Assembly: GCA_043826435.1 (NCBI GenBank)
Contig: JBDRQF010000053.1
Span: 38,049 to 102,048 of the forward strand
Length of the DNA: 64,000 nt
Origin: Elusimicrobiota bacterium
GTDB lineage: Bacteria; Elusimicrobiota; Endomicrobiia; CG1-02-37-114; JAHJSO01
Direction: 5' to 3'
The notes beneath the pieces are model-generated. The model had not been told where the DNA came from. It was given only the letters and a program-made list of their open reading frames with translations, and did not search any database. Position 1 is the first letter of the stretch, and each line of letters begins with the position of its first letter. The position numbers and the translations under genes are program-made. Shown here one piece after another: positions 1 through 10,889 of the stretch.

Positions 1-243
1 ATCTGTCAAAATTAGAAGTTGAATGATAAAACAGGCCTTTTTCTTTGTCCAAAAACTGCGAATCTTTACTGATATCATGTGTTCCTATATCGGTATAGGG
101 CGGTAATACCAAATTGAATTTTTCGCCTGTATTGTTTTAAAATTTTTTTAATCACGATATAATATTTGATTGAAAGAAGGAATATAAATAGCATTTTCAC
201 CTGTACTGAAAACTTTTCCAGCATACAATTCTTTTATTGGTAA

Positions 244-966
244 TCAATATGGTTTTTTCGCAACAAAAATGAGGCCATCTGACCACATCACATTTTTTTG
301 ATTATTGAATTTTATGGATTGTTCATAATTCAAAAAAAGCAGAGGGAATTTTTTATGTAATATTCGGCTTAAAAATGAAAAAAAACATGTTATTAAAGGA
401 TGCAACCAAATATAATAGCTTTTTAAACTAGCGCGATAAATTCTGATCTCTTGAAATTTATTTTTTTCTAAATACGAGTTCAATAAATATGGTGGAAGGA
501 CACTTATATGGTTGTGTTCTGAGAGCCAGAATGGATCAAAAAGAAAGAAACCTCCGGTCAGAAGGAATTTTACTCTTGAGTAAAGCGAGTTTATGTTGGG
601 TATATCTAAGATGAAAATACCCTTTGGTGAGAGAATACGAAAAAATTCAGATAATGTGAACATAGGATTTTCAACATGTTCAATACCAGCAAGACACACC
701 ACCGCATCGAAGAAATTATCTTCAAAGGGTAAACGCTTGTTCATGTCAGCAAAAACACATTTAACTTTTTCAAAAGACATTTTTTCCGGTAAAATGTCCG
801 CCGCATATACTTTATATTTATTTTCAAATAGTATCGATGTAAACAAACCACTCCCTGCTGGAATGTCTAATACAGTTGACACATTGGGATAGGTTTTTAG
901 AATTGATAAAACTTGTTCGTAAATTCCTAACATGGTTTGCCTCACCATCTCATTGTTGGTTCCCAT
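244..966 (-). CDS. Class I SAM-dependent methyltransferase
   Basis: VLDIPAGSG motif I; LPFEDNFFDAVVC and GIEHV..P motifs. Confidence 0.85.
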   Translation of the reverse strand: MGTNNEMVRQTMLGIYEQVLSILKTYPNVSTVLDIPAGSGLFTSILFENKYKVYAADILPEKMSFEKVKCVFADMNKRLPFEDNFFDAVVCLAGIEHVENPMFTLSEFFRILSPKGIFILDIPNINSLYSRVKFLLTGGFFLFDPFWLSEHNHISVLPPYLLNSYLEKNKFQEIRIYRASLKSYYIWLHPLITCFFSFLSRILHKKFPLLFLNYEQSIKFNNQKNVMWSDGLIFVAKKPY

Positions 967-1036
967 AAGCGTTCCTTGACCTTTATTGATTAGAGAAATA
1001 AATCAAATTCACAATAACGGAATTATCTATTAAAAT

Positions 1037-2371
1037 TCATTTTGCGTCAGTTCTTAATGTAATTTCTATTTGTATATATCTGTGGTTAGCAGGACCGTTA
1101 ATTTTTTGTGTTTTGTATACTTGGTGATATGTAGGCAATACATCAGTAGAAGCAAATGGAGCATTGCTTCCTCGCCATCTTACTTCGCGAGTAATTGTTA
1201 TTCCATCGTAATCTATCACTTGTCTATAACCCGACGGTAATTCCGGATATTCATCGGCAATGAAAGTTATTGACTTGATCCGTCCAGTATCTTTCTGTGT
1301 ATCAATCACAGGACTTCTTATTGACGCCGAGACAACCCCAGGTTTAAGTTTAATATTCCCATTAACATCCAATTCAACTAATGCACTTGTTGTGATAGGA
1401 GTGCCATTTTCATCTATCCACCCAGACCATTGATCATTAAACCAAGAAGAAATTCTTCCAATGCCGTGAGCGCCAATGTTCTGAAATTCCCCATTTTCTA
1501 CCGAGCCCGCCTTAAGACAAAGGGATGATGACTTTAAAAGAAATATCTCTTTGTCAATATCTAAAAACTGGGGATCTACGGAAATACTTTTCTGACCTAT
1601 TTTCTGAGGAACTGGAAGTGGTGCATAGTTCACTTTTTCATTTTGAAAGAAATTGTTGTAGTCGCAATATAAAACTCTATCCCAAGAACGCACGACAATA
1701 CTTTCTGACCCCTTATTTTCTACAAAATTGCAATTTTTGACACTGCCTATATCAACAAAATAACAAATTCCATCCCGTGTGGCAGAATTTCTAACGAAAT
1801 TGCAATTCCTTATACTGTAGGAACCATAATAGCGTGAAACAATACATGCACCTTCTGTTGCTTTATTGTTGAAAAAATCGCAAAATTCAATACTAATAAA
1901 ATATCCACTGATATATATCGCTCCGCCAGTGTGCGCAACATTATCTTTGAATACACAATTTCTAATAGTGATGAAACTACCACCCATAAAATTACTTCCT
2001 TCAAAAACTCCAAAGCAGTTTTGTATTATAAATGAATCAATCGCAATGTAATCTCGGTTAATAACAAAACCCATTCGCGTTTTCTCTCCATCAATAACCA
2101 CCTCACCAACACCTTTAAGATAAATATTTGCTTCTTTCGTTCCTGAATTAACAAATGTTATTGTTTCTTTATATGTTCCCTGATTGACATAAAGGGTATC
2201 ACCTGCCACTGCTTTGCTGGTTGCTGCATTGATAGTTTTAAATGCCGTATCCCAACATAGTCCGTTATTAGTGTCACTCCCATTTAAAGAATCAACATAA
2301 TAATTTGTTGCATTTACTGTAAACCAAACTGATAAAACTAAAACTGTTGCAAGAAATAATGTTTTCTTCAT
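1037..2371 (-). CDS. Secreted right-handed beta-helix (DUF1565/pectin-lyase-like) protein
   Basis: Signal peptide MKKTLF..VNA after an AGGGGG SD; YYVDS.NGSDTN.G..W..AFKTI.AA start; repeated IRNCxFxxN coils. Confidence 0.75.
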   Translation of the reverse strand: MKKTLFLATVLVLSVWFTVNATNYYVDSLNGSDTNNGLCWDTAFKTINAATSKAVAGDTLYVNQGTYKETITFVNSGTKEANIYLKGVGEVVIDGEKTRMGFVINRDYIAIDSFIIQNCFGVFEGSNFMGGSFITIRNCVFKDNVAHTGGAIYISGYFISIEFCDFFNNKATEGACIVSRYYGSYSIRNCNFVRNSATRDGICYFVDIGSVKNCNFVENKGSESIVVRSWDRVLYCDYNNFFQNEKVNYAPLPVPQKIGQKSISVDPQFLDIDKEIFLLKSSSLCLKAGSVENGEFQNIGAHGIGRISSWFNDQWSGWIDENGTPITTSALVELDVNGNIKLKPGVVSASIRSPVIDTQKDTGRIKSITFIADEYPELPSGYRQVIDYDGITITREVRWRGSNAPFASTDVLPTYHQVYKTQKINGPANHRYIQIEITLRTDAK

Positions 2372-2465
2372 CTGTGAATAACCCCCTAAGTTATTGCCAA
2401 ACATCTATAGTTCTTCTTTGACCTTTCTGGTAAATGACTGCCAGTGGGATAAACGTCTTGATATA

Positions 2466-2494
2466 ATTTTACAATACTTAAATCATTTTGTCAA
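2466..2494 (-). promoter_or_regulatory. sigma70-like promoter TTGACA-17-TAAAAT
   Basis: Read on the minus strand upstream of the beta-helix gene. Confidence 0.6.
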
Positions 2495-2612
2495 GTACAC
2501 CGGATAACAGTACACAGGATATCTGTAATGTCTTTATCTTTTTCCGACGATTTTTTGCACAAAATTTTACAATAAAAAAGGATAGCCCCCGCCAGGATGT
2601 CATGTTGATTTT

Positions 2613-3467
2613 TCAGGAGTTTTTATAAGCTAGTACAATAAAACTTTTTGCAAGTAATTTTGCCAGTTTCAGAGCGAGTATTGTTTTTATGTAAAACAAT
2701 TTTATGTCCGGGTGAGCGTCAATGTTCAGGTTTTTATATTTAGCATAGATTCCGGCATTTTGCCTGTCACAAGCATAACCTTTTTCTTCAATATTAATAA
2801 CCCCGCACGGATACTGATAGTTGATTACCGGCATATATACCGTGCTTCCGGCAAACCCTGCAGACCCGACCATCCCTTTTAATTTCCGGTAAGAATAGAT
2901 GGGCGTTTTGTAGAGGCGCCCCGCCAGAAGGTAGGAAACAAAATCAGCGATTTTTCTCGGTAACATACAAACAAAGGGTAAACTGACGTGCGGGTCCCAC
3001 AAAAGATTTAAGGGGAACCATCTGTTTTCTATCCCGAGGTATAACACGCCGCCGTTTTTTAACAATGAAAACGCCCGTGACAGGACCCGTTGATGGACGT
3101 TTTCAAAATCCCCTGCCTCGTTTATTGCCGTCCATTCCAGTACGCCGTTAAGCAAAATCAGGTCAAAGGAATTTTCAGCCAGGCGGGCGGACAGGAACGG
3201 CTCCTGTATCAATGAAATGTTATTAACGTTGCCATTCTTAATCCTTTCCCTTATTATGCCCGCATATTCATCGGATGGCTCCACCGCGGTTACTTTTAGG
3301 CAGTGTTTCGCAAAGGCAATGCTTATGCCCCCGCCGCCGGCTCCGATATCCAGGATATTTTTGTTTTTTAACAGGCCGGTTTCCCGCATGATAAATTGGG
3401 CCATCATTTCCCCGCGGTTTAACCCGTCCAGCCAGGAGGATAGTTTATTGGTTTCTGAGTTTTTCAT
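2613..3467 (-). CDS. Class I SAM-dependent methyltransferase
   Basis: ILDIGAGGG; SFDLILLNGVLEW; GGVLYLGIENR. Confidence 0.85.
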   Translation of the reverse strand: MKNSETNKLSSWLDGLNRGEMMAQFIMRETGLLKNKNILDIGAGGGGISIAFAKHCLKVTAVEPSDEYAGIIRERIKNGNVNNISLIQEPFLSARLAENSFDLILLNGVLEWTAINEAGDFENVHQRVLSRAFSLLKNGGVLYLGIENRWFPLNLLWDPHVSLPFVCMLPRKIADFVSYLLAGRLYKTPIYSYRKLKGMVGSAGFAGSTVYMPVINYQYPCGVINIEEKGYACDRQNAGIYAKYKNLNIDAHPDIKLFYIKTILALKLAKLLAKSFIVLAYKNS

Positions 3468-5505
3468 TTGATAAAATCCATTTGGTTGTGTAATTGATTA
3501 TTCTTCTGAAAAATATCCTTTTTAATACAGGAGGCCTGCCTGCATTAAAAGCAAACTCATTGCCCGTTATATGAACGAAATAGCGTATTTCAAAAAAGGA
3601 CAACAGGTCGTCATTAACGACAGATTCAGACGCGTACGCCTGCAGAAATATCCTTTTTAGTTCTTTTATCTTTTTATAATCAACAAAAGGACGTTTTAGT
3701 TTAAACATGTCCATACAAACCAAAAAGGTTGCCGGGTCATCATATATAGTCCTGTAATCAAAATTTTCAAAATCCACGATACATATCTTGTTTTGTTTGT
3801 TGATTAAAATGTTTCTTGGTCCGAAATCCCCGTGACACCCGGTGACGTCAAAAGACATTTTCCTTATTCCGGGCAGGTTTTTTTTGAAATACGTCCTGAA
3901 AATATTTACTGCCTTTGCCGGCATGCCCATCTTTTCCAGGTTAAACAAATCATTTTGTATGACCCGGTCGTCCGTAAGGAATAGCTCCCCGCCGGGTAAT
4001 TTTGTTTTTTGCGGCGTTTTATTTTGAAATATTAACAGCCATTCAGCGCATTTTTGTATAAGTTGTTGGACATGGATGCGTCCATATGGGGGGAAGATGG
4101 GGCGGGCATATTTAACCAAGGCGTCTCTAAATTGTGAGGCGTCCTTAATAACCTCTGTGGCCACGTAGTTGAAGTCCGACGAGTAACATACGGGGTTTTC
4201 AGTTATAAAGCCATTTTCCTGATTAAAAATATCGCCCAATCTTACCATAAGACCAAAAATCTCCGGCGCCTTTTTTCCGGGGACAGGTTTTACAACGACG
4301 GTTTTCTCCGTATAGTCGGAAAAGGCCAGATTTATTTTCATAATCCTTTTGCCACGCGCGGAAAATTTAATTATTTTTTTACCGCAGGCGTTTTCTATGT
4401 CTGTCTTTAGTTGGTTTATAAAACCCTCAGGATAGAGTTTTCGCGGGAGCGGCCTGGCAATCACGCCGTACAATTTTTCCAGTTCCTGCATTTGTTTGCC
4501 TGTGTCAAACTTCTCTTTTATTTTTATTCTCGCATTTTCCCCGGCGATGTTTCTTAATTTTTCATCCCCCAGTACTTTTAATAAAATTCCTGACAATTCC
4601 AAAGCATTGGGTTTAACCAGAAAACCGTCCCTGTTATTCTCAATGATTTCTATGGGACCACCGGTGTTCGTTGATATTACCGCTTTGCCGCATGCCATCG
4701 CTTCAATTATTATCCTGCCGAACGGCTCGGGCTGGATTGACGGGTTAACGACGATGTCGCAGATGCTCATCAACTGCGGGACATCTTTTCTGAACCCGGC
4801 AATTATAACGTCGCCAGTTAATCCCAAATCCCGGATTTTTGTTTCTATGTTATTTTTCTCGGGCCCATCGCCGGCTATCAAAAACACAACGTTATTTATG
4901 TTTTCTTTAACTATTTTCGCTGCTTCCAGAAACAGGGAATGTCCTTTCCACGAATCAAAGCGGGAGAACATGCCTACAACCATTTTGCCATTTTCTATGT
5001 TTAAGCCCTTACGAAGTTCCCCTGTATCAATGCCCGGTTTAAACGTTTCCGTGTCCACTGCATTGTATATTTTTATGATTTTATCCTTTTGCCTTTCCCG
5101 GGATAACTGTTCGCCCACGGCGTCGGAGATAACTATAATCCTCGCAGACAAAGAGGCAATTAACCTGTCTCTCCAGCCGTGCGGATGTATTACGCGGACG
5201 TGCCATACAAAAGGTATCCCTAACAGTTTTGATATGAGCGCTGCAGCGAAAGCGTACTTTTTCACGGGCGCGTTGCAATGGACGATTGACGGCATAAATT
5301 TTTTGATGGCGGAAAACAAGCCCCGCAACGGCACCACCCGGCATGGAATATTTTCCGCTTCAAGCAGGTTAGTGTAGGAGGACCTGCCGGGGACAAACAC
5401 GACAGGGTCGTATTTTGACCTGTCCAGGTGTTTTAATATGAGCAACAAACTTATCTGCCCGCCTCCCGGCGGCTCAATCGGAGTATCAAGATATAAAACT
5501 TTCAT
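3445..5505 (-). CDS. GT4 glycosyltransferase fused to a C-terminal APH-like phosphotransferase domain
   Basis: EPFGRIIIEAMACG (GT4); HGDFGPRNIL and IVDFE (Brenner-type kinase motifs). Confidence 0.85.
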   Translation of the reverse strand: MKVLYLDTPIEPPGGGQISLLLILKHLDRSKYDPVVFVPGRSSYTNLLEAENIPCRVVPLRGLFSAIKKFMPSIVHCNAPVKKYAFAAALISKLLGIPFVWHVRVIHPHGWRDRLIASLSARIIVISDAVGEQLSRERQKDKIIKIYNAVDTETFKPGIDTGELRKGLNIENGKMVVGMFSRFDSWKGHSLFLEAAKIVKENINNVVFLIAGDGPEKNNIETKIRDLGLTGDVIIAGFRKDVPQLMSICDIVVNPSIQPEPFGRIIIEAMACGKAVISTNTGGPIEIIENNRDGFLVKPNALELSGILLKVLGDEKLRNIAGENARIKIKEKFDTGKQMQELEKLYGVIARPLPRKLYPEGFINQLKTDIENACGKKIIKFSARGKRIMKINLAFSDYTEKTVVVKPVPGKKAPEIFGLMVRLGDIFNQENGFITENPVCYSSDFNYVATEVIKDASQFRDALVKYARPIFPPYGRIHVQQLIQKCAEWLLIFQNKTPQKTKLPGGELFLTDDRVIQNDLFNLEKMGMPAKAVNIFRTYFKKNLPGIRKMSFDVTGCHGDFGPRNILINKQNKICIVDFENFDYRTIYDDPATFLVCMDMFKLKRPFVDYKKIKELKRIFLQAYASESVVNDDLLSFFEIRYFVHITGNEFAFNAGRPPVLKRIFFRRIINYTTKWILSNEKLRNQ

Positions 5506-5549
5506 AAAAACTGTCGGCTAAGAGTTACGCCATTCATGTCCGAGGTAAT

Positions 5550-6374
5550 TTACTTCCTTGCTACGGCTAAAATTGACAAATACCAGTCCTTTCCGAATAA
5601 TTTTGAAACGTAGTATGAGATTTTTTCTATTATTTTCCAGTAGGGGTCAACCTGACAAAAGTCAGGCCCCAATCTTACCACCCTGAAATTGTTTTTTTCA
5701 AGTAGAAGTTTTAATGTGATATAAGAAAAGTGATACAGATGCGGTTCTTTAGAATCCGACGTATATATTTGGAAATAATATCCATTAATTAATCTATAAA
5801 ATTTTTGTCCGATTATATCGTGTATGTTTGGCACAGCAACGAACAGATGTCCACCGGGTTTAAGTAAATGGTATGCCTTTTTTAATGTAATCTCTGGATG
5901 TGATAAATGTTCAAGTGTATGCCAGAATGTAATAATATCAAACGAATTTTCCTGCAACCCGGAATCTTCCAATGTTGTCTTGGTAATATCAAGGCCGAAA
6001 TTATCTTTTGCATATTGAACAGCAAACCCTGAAATTTCTACGCCTGAAATATCATAACCGGCATTTTTAGCACGGTAAAGGAACAGCCCCTCCCCGCAGC
6101 CGACATCAAGAAGTTTACCAGATGGCATAACTCTTTTTACAACCTTAACTCGGTTCTGCCACAGTTTTTGTCTTCTTAATTGTTGTTTTGGTGTAATCCA
6201 GTGTGAATAATAATCGCTCCCGTATTTTTCTAATAATTCATTTTGGTCAGGTTGTAGGTTGGTAAAAACCAATTTACAATTTGTACAAATATAGATATGG
6301 ATGCCATAGAGACCATTTTTATATGGGATGAAATCAGTACCATTACAAATTATGCATTGACTCACTTCGAGCAT
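5550..6374 (-). CDS. Zn-ribbon + class I SAM methyltransferase
   Basis: CIIC..CTNC; LLDVGCGEG; WHTLEHL. Confidence 0.85.
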   Translation of the reverse strand: MLEVSQCIICNGTDFIPYKNGLYGIHIYICTNCKLVFTNLQPDQNELLEKYGSDYYSHWITPKQQLRRQKLWQNRVKVVKRVMPSGKLLDVGCGEGLFLYRAKNAGYDISGVEISGFAVQYAKDNFGLDITKTTLEDSGLQENSFDIITFWHTLEHLSHPEITLKKAYHLLKPGGHLFVAVPNIHDIIGQKFYRLINGYYFQIYTSDSKEPHLYHFSYITLKLLLEKNNFRVVRLGPDFCQVDPYWKIIEKISYYVSKLFGKDWYLSILAVARK

Positions 6375-7342
6375 AACTTTACAATCCTTCCAATATCAAA
6401 CATAACATCAGCGGTCAATTTGATACACGGAAAAACAAAAAAGGTTATTATTCTTTTACCTTTACTAAAATTAGATAAATGAAAATAATTAAACATAAAT
6501 CTTGTTCTGGATATTTGTAAAAAATACCAGACAAAAAATGCTACCGGTAAAATTATCCAACCAAAGATAACACTCAATACTATAACAGGTAAAAGTTTCA
6601 ATATTATTGATGTTGAAATTAGATAGTTAGTGTGAACAGTATGTTTTAGAAATAAATCAGCATCGGCTTTACCTCTACGAATGTACCATTTTATTATCTT
6701 AAAAAAATTGTTTCTCGGATGGTGCCATACCACAGCATCCGGCACATATCCAAAAGCATTATTTCCAAGTTTTTTTGTTATTCTTATTGACAAATCTGTA
6801 TCCTCGCTACCGTAACGATTTTTCAAATCAAACCAGCCTACATTTTGGATAACTGATTTTTTAATTATGGTATTACAGGTAGCAACCTGGGACAATGGAA
6901 TAACCTTGCCTTTAGAAAAATTATGTAAACGGAAACCACCCCCGGGATGGCCCAAAACACCCTCACAGAAACCAATAATGTTGGGTTGACCGGGGAACAC
7001 TGCGCCCATTACGCCGCCCATTACGCCGACAAGATTTTTGGGTTCTTGTATCTCTTTTGTAAGTTCGTAAAACCAACTTTCCGTAACCTCCACATCATCA
7101 TCAATAAAAACAATATAATCACCACCTGCATTTTTTACACCGATATTTCTCTGATTGCTGTACCCGGCTTCTGAAAACGGCAGTTTGATATGTTGGACAG
7201 GATATTTTAAATCAGATATAGCCCCTCCTGACTCAACAACAATAACCTCAACTTCCGAGGGGATAAATTCCAGAAGTTTTTTCAGACAATTTATTAAAAG
7301 TTCCCTGTTATCTTTTGAGATTATCACTATTGAGAATTTCAT
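6362..7342 (-). CDS. GT2 glycosyltransferase
   Basis: FSIVII start; RNIG; FIDDD; EDTDL. Confidence 0.85.
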   Translation of the reverse strand: MKFSIVIISKDNRELLINCLKKLLEFIPSEVEVIVVESGGAISDLKYPVQHIKLPFSEAGYSNQRNIGVKNAGGDYIVFIDDDVEVTESWFYELTKEIQEPKNLVGVMGGVMGAVFPGQPNIIGFCEGVLGHPGGGFRLHNFSKGKVIPLSQVATCNTIIKKSVIQNVGWFDLKNRYGSEDTDLSIRITKKLGNNAFGYVPDAVVWHHPRNNFFKIIKWYIRRGKADADLFLKHTVHTNYLISTSIILKLLPVIVLSVIFGWIILPVAFFVWYFLQISRTRFMFNYFHLSNFSKGKRIITFFVFPCIKLTADVMFDIGRIVKLCSK

Positions 7343-8486
7343 TGTAATATTCAATCATTTTGCTAACAATATGTTTCCACTGATATTTTTCTTCAATAAG
7401 TTTTCCACTGTTCTTTCCGAGCATTATTCTTTTTTGAGAATTGTTTAACAATTCAATAACAGCATTAGCAAATGCAAGAGGGGTTTCCGCAAACACAATG
7501 TTATGATTGTTTTCAACCTCAATTCCTTCACAAGCATTTCTTGTTGCCACCACAGGAAGCCCGAACGCGAGTGCTTCTAAGATTTTATTTCTAATCCCGA
7601 GACCGCTTCGTATCGGGGCAACAAAGATACTGGAATTTTTTAAATAATCGTAGATATTACTAACATAACCTGTAACAATTATGGACTTATCTTTAACAGC
7701 GAGGGCTGAAACTTTTTTTGACGGATTTCTGCCCACTATATAAAATTTAACATTTTTTATTTTATTTTTTATTTTTGGATAAATTCTTTCAACAAAATAT
7801 AAAACAGTATCAACATTTGGAAAAAATGACATATCCCCGGTAAAGATAAGGGTTTTGTTATTTGGCGAAACGCCTGATGGAAAACTTTCAGTATCTACCC
7901 CAGAAGGAACTATATAAACCTTCTTGTTCTTATATCTTTTTAATATATAATCTCTTGCTTCCTCGGAGACCACAAAAAAATATTTATAATGAGCGTAAAA
8001 TTTTCTATCTGCGAGATAAAACCTGGGTATTCTTAAAAGTTTTATTAATTTTCTTAAAATATTACATTCATACCAGACCTCATACCATGCACCCTTCAAC
8101 CCACAAGCCCATAAATCTATAATTAGAGGTATATCTTTAACATTTACAAAATACTCGGCCATTTGAAATTTATGAACATGGATTAAATCATATTTATTCT
8201 TGCCAAAGATATCATTTACTACGGTCTCAAATTTTTTGTCTTTGCTGTACGCCTTCAGTAAAAAAAGATTCTTTAGACGCGATGTAACATTGTCCCGACA
8301 TTCAACAGTATGGATGTTATCCACAAGGTCCTTAATTTCGTCCGTTATTTCTGCGGAAGGTTCAGCAAAAGTGAGCAAGTCCACATCCACCTTTTCTTTT
8401 TTTAGATATTTCAACTGATGATACATTCTTGAACCACCACCGCCGAGAAGATGAGGGGGGCCAGGTGTAACAAAAAGTATTTTCAT
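7308..8486 (-). CDS. GT4 glycosyltransferase
   Basis: GLGIRNKILEALAFGLPVVAT. Confidence 0.88.
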   Translation of the reverse strand: MKILFVTPGPPHLLGGGGSRMYHQLKYLKKEKVDVDLLTFAEPSAEITDEIKDLVDNIHTVECRDNVTSRLKNLFLLKAYSKDKKFETVVNDIFGKNKYDLIHVHKFQMAEYFVNVKDIPLIIDLWACGLKGAWYEVWYECNILRKLIKLLRIPRFYLADRKFYAHYKYFFVVSEEARDYILKRYKNKKVYIVPSGVDTESFPSGVSPNNKTLIFTGDMSFFPNVDTVLYFVERIYPKIKNKIKNVKFYIVGRNPSKKVSALAVKDKSIIVTGYVSNIYDYLKNSSIFVAPIRSGLGIRNKILEALAFGLPVVATRNACEGIEVENNHNIVFAETPLAFANAVIELLNNSQKRIMLGKNSGKLIEEKYQWKHIVSKMIEYYNEILNSDNLKR

Positions 8487-9613
8487 TGTAGCGCTCTCTT
8501 AAAAACTTCTAAAGTTTCTCTGGCTGTTTTTTCCCAACTAAAAAATTTGGCACGGTTAATGCCTTTAAGACCTAATTCTTTTTTTAATTGTCCATCATTT
8601 AAAACTTTAAGTATAGCGGTTAAAATTTCTTCTTCGTTTAATGGGTTCACCAATATCCCGGCATCACCGACAACCTCCGGAATAGAAGTTGTATTAGAAG
8701 CAATCACAGGCACTCCACAAGCCATCGCTTCTACCACTGGGAGGCCAAACCCTTCATACAGGGAAATAAATACAAACATCTCGGCACCGCTATAAATATA
8801 AGGCAAATCCTCATCAGGAATATAATCCAAAACCAATATTTCTTCTTGTAGATTTAATCTGTGAATTGTTTCTATAATTTCTTGGCCCCAATATTTCTTT
8901 CCACAAAGAACCAATTTGTGCGGTATTCCATGAACCCTCTTGAGTTTTTCAAAAACATTTACCAATCTATGCAGGTTTTTATGTGGTCCGAGGTTGCCAA
9001 CATAAAGTATATATCTTTCATCTATCTTGTATTTTCTTAAGACAGCTATAATCCTCTCTTTATCTTCAATCATGTTAAAAATTTCATCAGCAGCAAGCGG
9101 AATAACAACTATTCTGTCTGGTTGAACATCATAATATTTACATAAATCGTTTTTCGTATATTCTGAAATAGTTATCAAATATTTTGACCTTTTAATTGTA
9201 TTTTTGAGACGTAAATCAAATATTTCTCTGTGTTCTTTATACCCGTCATATTTCATTGTGGTAATATCATAAACCACTGAAACAATCTGACATTTCTTAA
9301 ATACAGGAGAAAAATAAATTGTAGAAAAATAAATATCCGGATTACCAAAAAGTTTTTTTGTTAACGGCATACAAATATTTTCCCTGGTCCAAAAAAACTC
9401 TAAAATTCTATTAGGTATTCTAATTTTAGATAACAACACATTGGATGGAAAACTAAAATTATCTATGAGATTATTTTTTTTCACCCCAATCCTGAAAGAT
9501 AAGGTATAGTGGTTTTCACTATCAATACTGAAAATATGTTTTAAAACAGAATTCAAATATGATCTTCCACCTGCTTGACCAAGCAGAGGAAGTGCATCAA
9601 TTGCTATTTTCAT
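8483..9613 (-). CDS. GT4 glycosyltransferase (mannosyltransferase-like)
   Basis: SLYEGFGLPVVEAMACG; PHKNL. Confidence 0.9.
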   Translation of the reverse strand: MKIAIDALPLLGQAGGRSYLNSVLKHIFSIDSENHYTLSFRIGVKKNNLIDNFSFPSNVLLSKIRIPNRILEFFWTRENICMPLTKKLFGNPDIYFSTIYFSPVFKKCQIVSVVYDITTMKYDGYKEHREIFDLRLKNTIKRSKYLITISEYTKNDLCKYYDVQPDRIVVIPLAADEIFNMIEDKERIIAVLRKYKIDERYILYVGNLGPHKNLHRLVNVFEKLKRVHGIPHKLVLCGKKYWGQEIIETIHRLNLQEEILVLDYIPDEDLPYIYSGAEMFVFISLYEGFGLPVVEAMACGVPVIASNTTSIPEVVGDAGILVNPLNEEEILTAILKVLNDGQLKKELGLKGINRAKFFSWEKTARETLEVFKRALQ

Positions 9614-10889
9614 CCCAATTCCTCATCTCTTTAAAATCTAAAATTAAATTGTTCGGGGAAAATACAACTTTTTTTTTCAATACACGATAAAAAATATAGC
9701 AACACAAACTAAAACCAAATATTTGTGTAAAAGCCGTTGCTATGGCGGCGCCAGACGGTCCAATTTTAGGAATTAACAGTAAATTTAAAGCGATATTCAG
9801 GAACAGATTAAATATTGCAACCATTAAAATTTTTTTTTGTTGATTTATTGCAATAAATATACTACCAAAGATGATATTTGCGAACAAGAAAGGAACGCCT
9901 ATCAACAAATAGTTAAAAACACTCACTGAATCTTTGAATTTCAAAGATAAAAACGATAAAATGAATACTCTACCGAATAAAACAAATATTAAAAGAATTG
10001 CTACGCCAAGCAAAAATATTCCCGTTAAAGTTACTCTGATTAACGCGGCAAATCTTTTCATATCATTGGAATATTTAGAAATCAGAGGAAAAACGACCGA
10101 ATTGACAACCGCTGGGAAGAACAATAAAAAATTATAAAATTGCAAAGCGCCATTGTATATTCCGACTTCGTTTTCTGATTTAAGAAACATCAACATTAGC
10201 GTGTCAATCTTTGTATATAACAGAGAAATTATTACTATCAAAAACAAGGGCATTGACTCTTTTAATAAAAACTTAATTTTCTCGTAGGAGGGCTTATAAA
10301 TAGGAGTAACAATTCTTCTGCCGATTACAAACGAAATTGTGCTTACAACATATTCATTAAAAACTTGAAATAGAAAATAATAAACAAAATCTAATTTTAA
10401 AACTATAGATATTATTATCTGCAGTAAAAAAAGCAACTTCTTGAAATTGTTGAATATAACGAGGTACCATATTTTTAATTCTGAGTAATAGACCGAATTA
10501 ACGGCGGTAATGGGGTATACCAAAAGTATAAAGGAATACAGAATAACATAAATTTTTTTTGTATTATCCAAAAAAATACTTGAAAATAATAATATTATTA
10601 TAAAAGTAAAAAATGTTAAAAATGTTCTAAGCAAAATAACATTTCCTAAAAACCCCCCTCCATTTTTTTTATCTTTAGAAAGTTCTCGCGTCAAAATAGG
10701 AGACATTCCTATATCAGCAATTGGAGAAAATATTGAGATAAAACTGAAAACAAACCAGTATATGCCAAATTCTTCTACTGATAAATACCGCGCTAACAAT
10801 GAAATAGTAGCGATTGAAAGTAATGTCTCAGGTATTTTTCCAAAAATCTGCGACGATATATTAGCAAAAACTACTTTTGTGAATTTCAT
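9597..10889 (-). CDS. wzx: Wzx-type polysaccharide flippase
   Basis: Multi-TM; ARYLS.EEFG, KIDTLML..EVGIY and LLIPKIG..GAAIAT motifs. Confidence 0.85.
   Translation of the reverse strand: MKFTKVVFANISSQIFGKIPETLLSIATISLLARYLSVEEFGIYWFVFSFISIFSPIADIGMSPILTRELSKDKKNGGGFLGNVILLRTFLTFFTFIIILLFSSIFLDNTKKIYVILYSFILLVYPITAVNSVYYSELKIWYLVIFNNFKKLLFLLQIIISIVLKLDFVYYFLFQVFNEYVVSTISFVIGRRIVTPIYKPSYEKIKFLLKESMPLFLIVIISLLYTKIDTLMLMFLKSENEVGIYNGALQFYNFLLFFPAVVNSVVFPLISKYSNDMKRFAALIRVTLTGIFLLGVAILLIFVLFGRVFILSFLSLKFKDSVSVFNYLLIGVPFLFANIIFGSIFIAINQQKKILMVAIFNLFLNIALNLLLIPKIGPSGAAIATAFTQIFGFSLCCYIFYRVLKKKVVFSPNNLILDFKEMRNWDENSN

Noticed and set aside
1..243. Partial minus-strand gene at the window edge
   Set aside because: The frame from ATG 224 stops after ~49 codons, and no recognisable motif is present in the other frames.
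4496..5377. Long antisense ORFs (e.g. 4496-5377+, 36885-37772-, 48105-48833-, 51085-51789-)
   Set aside because: They are shadows of well-supported genes on the opposite strand.
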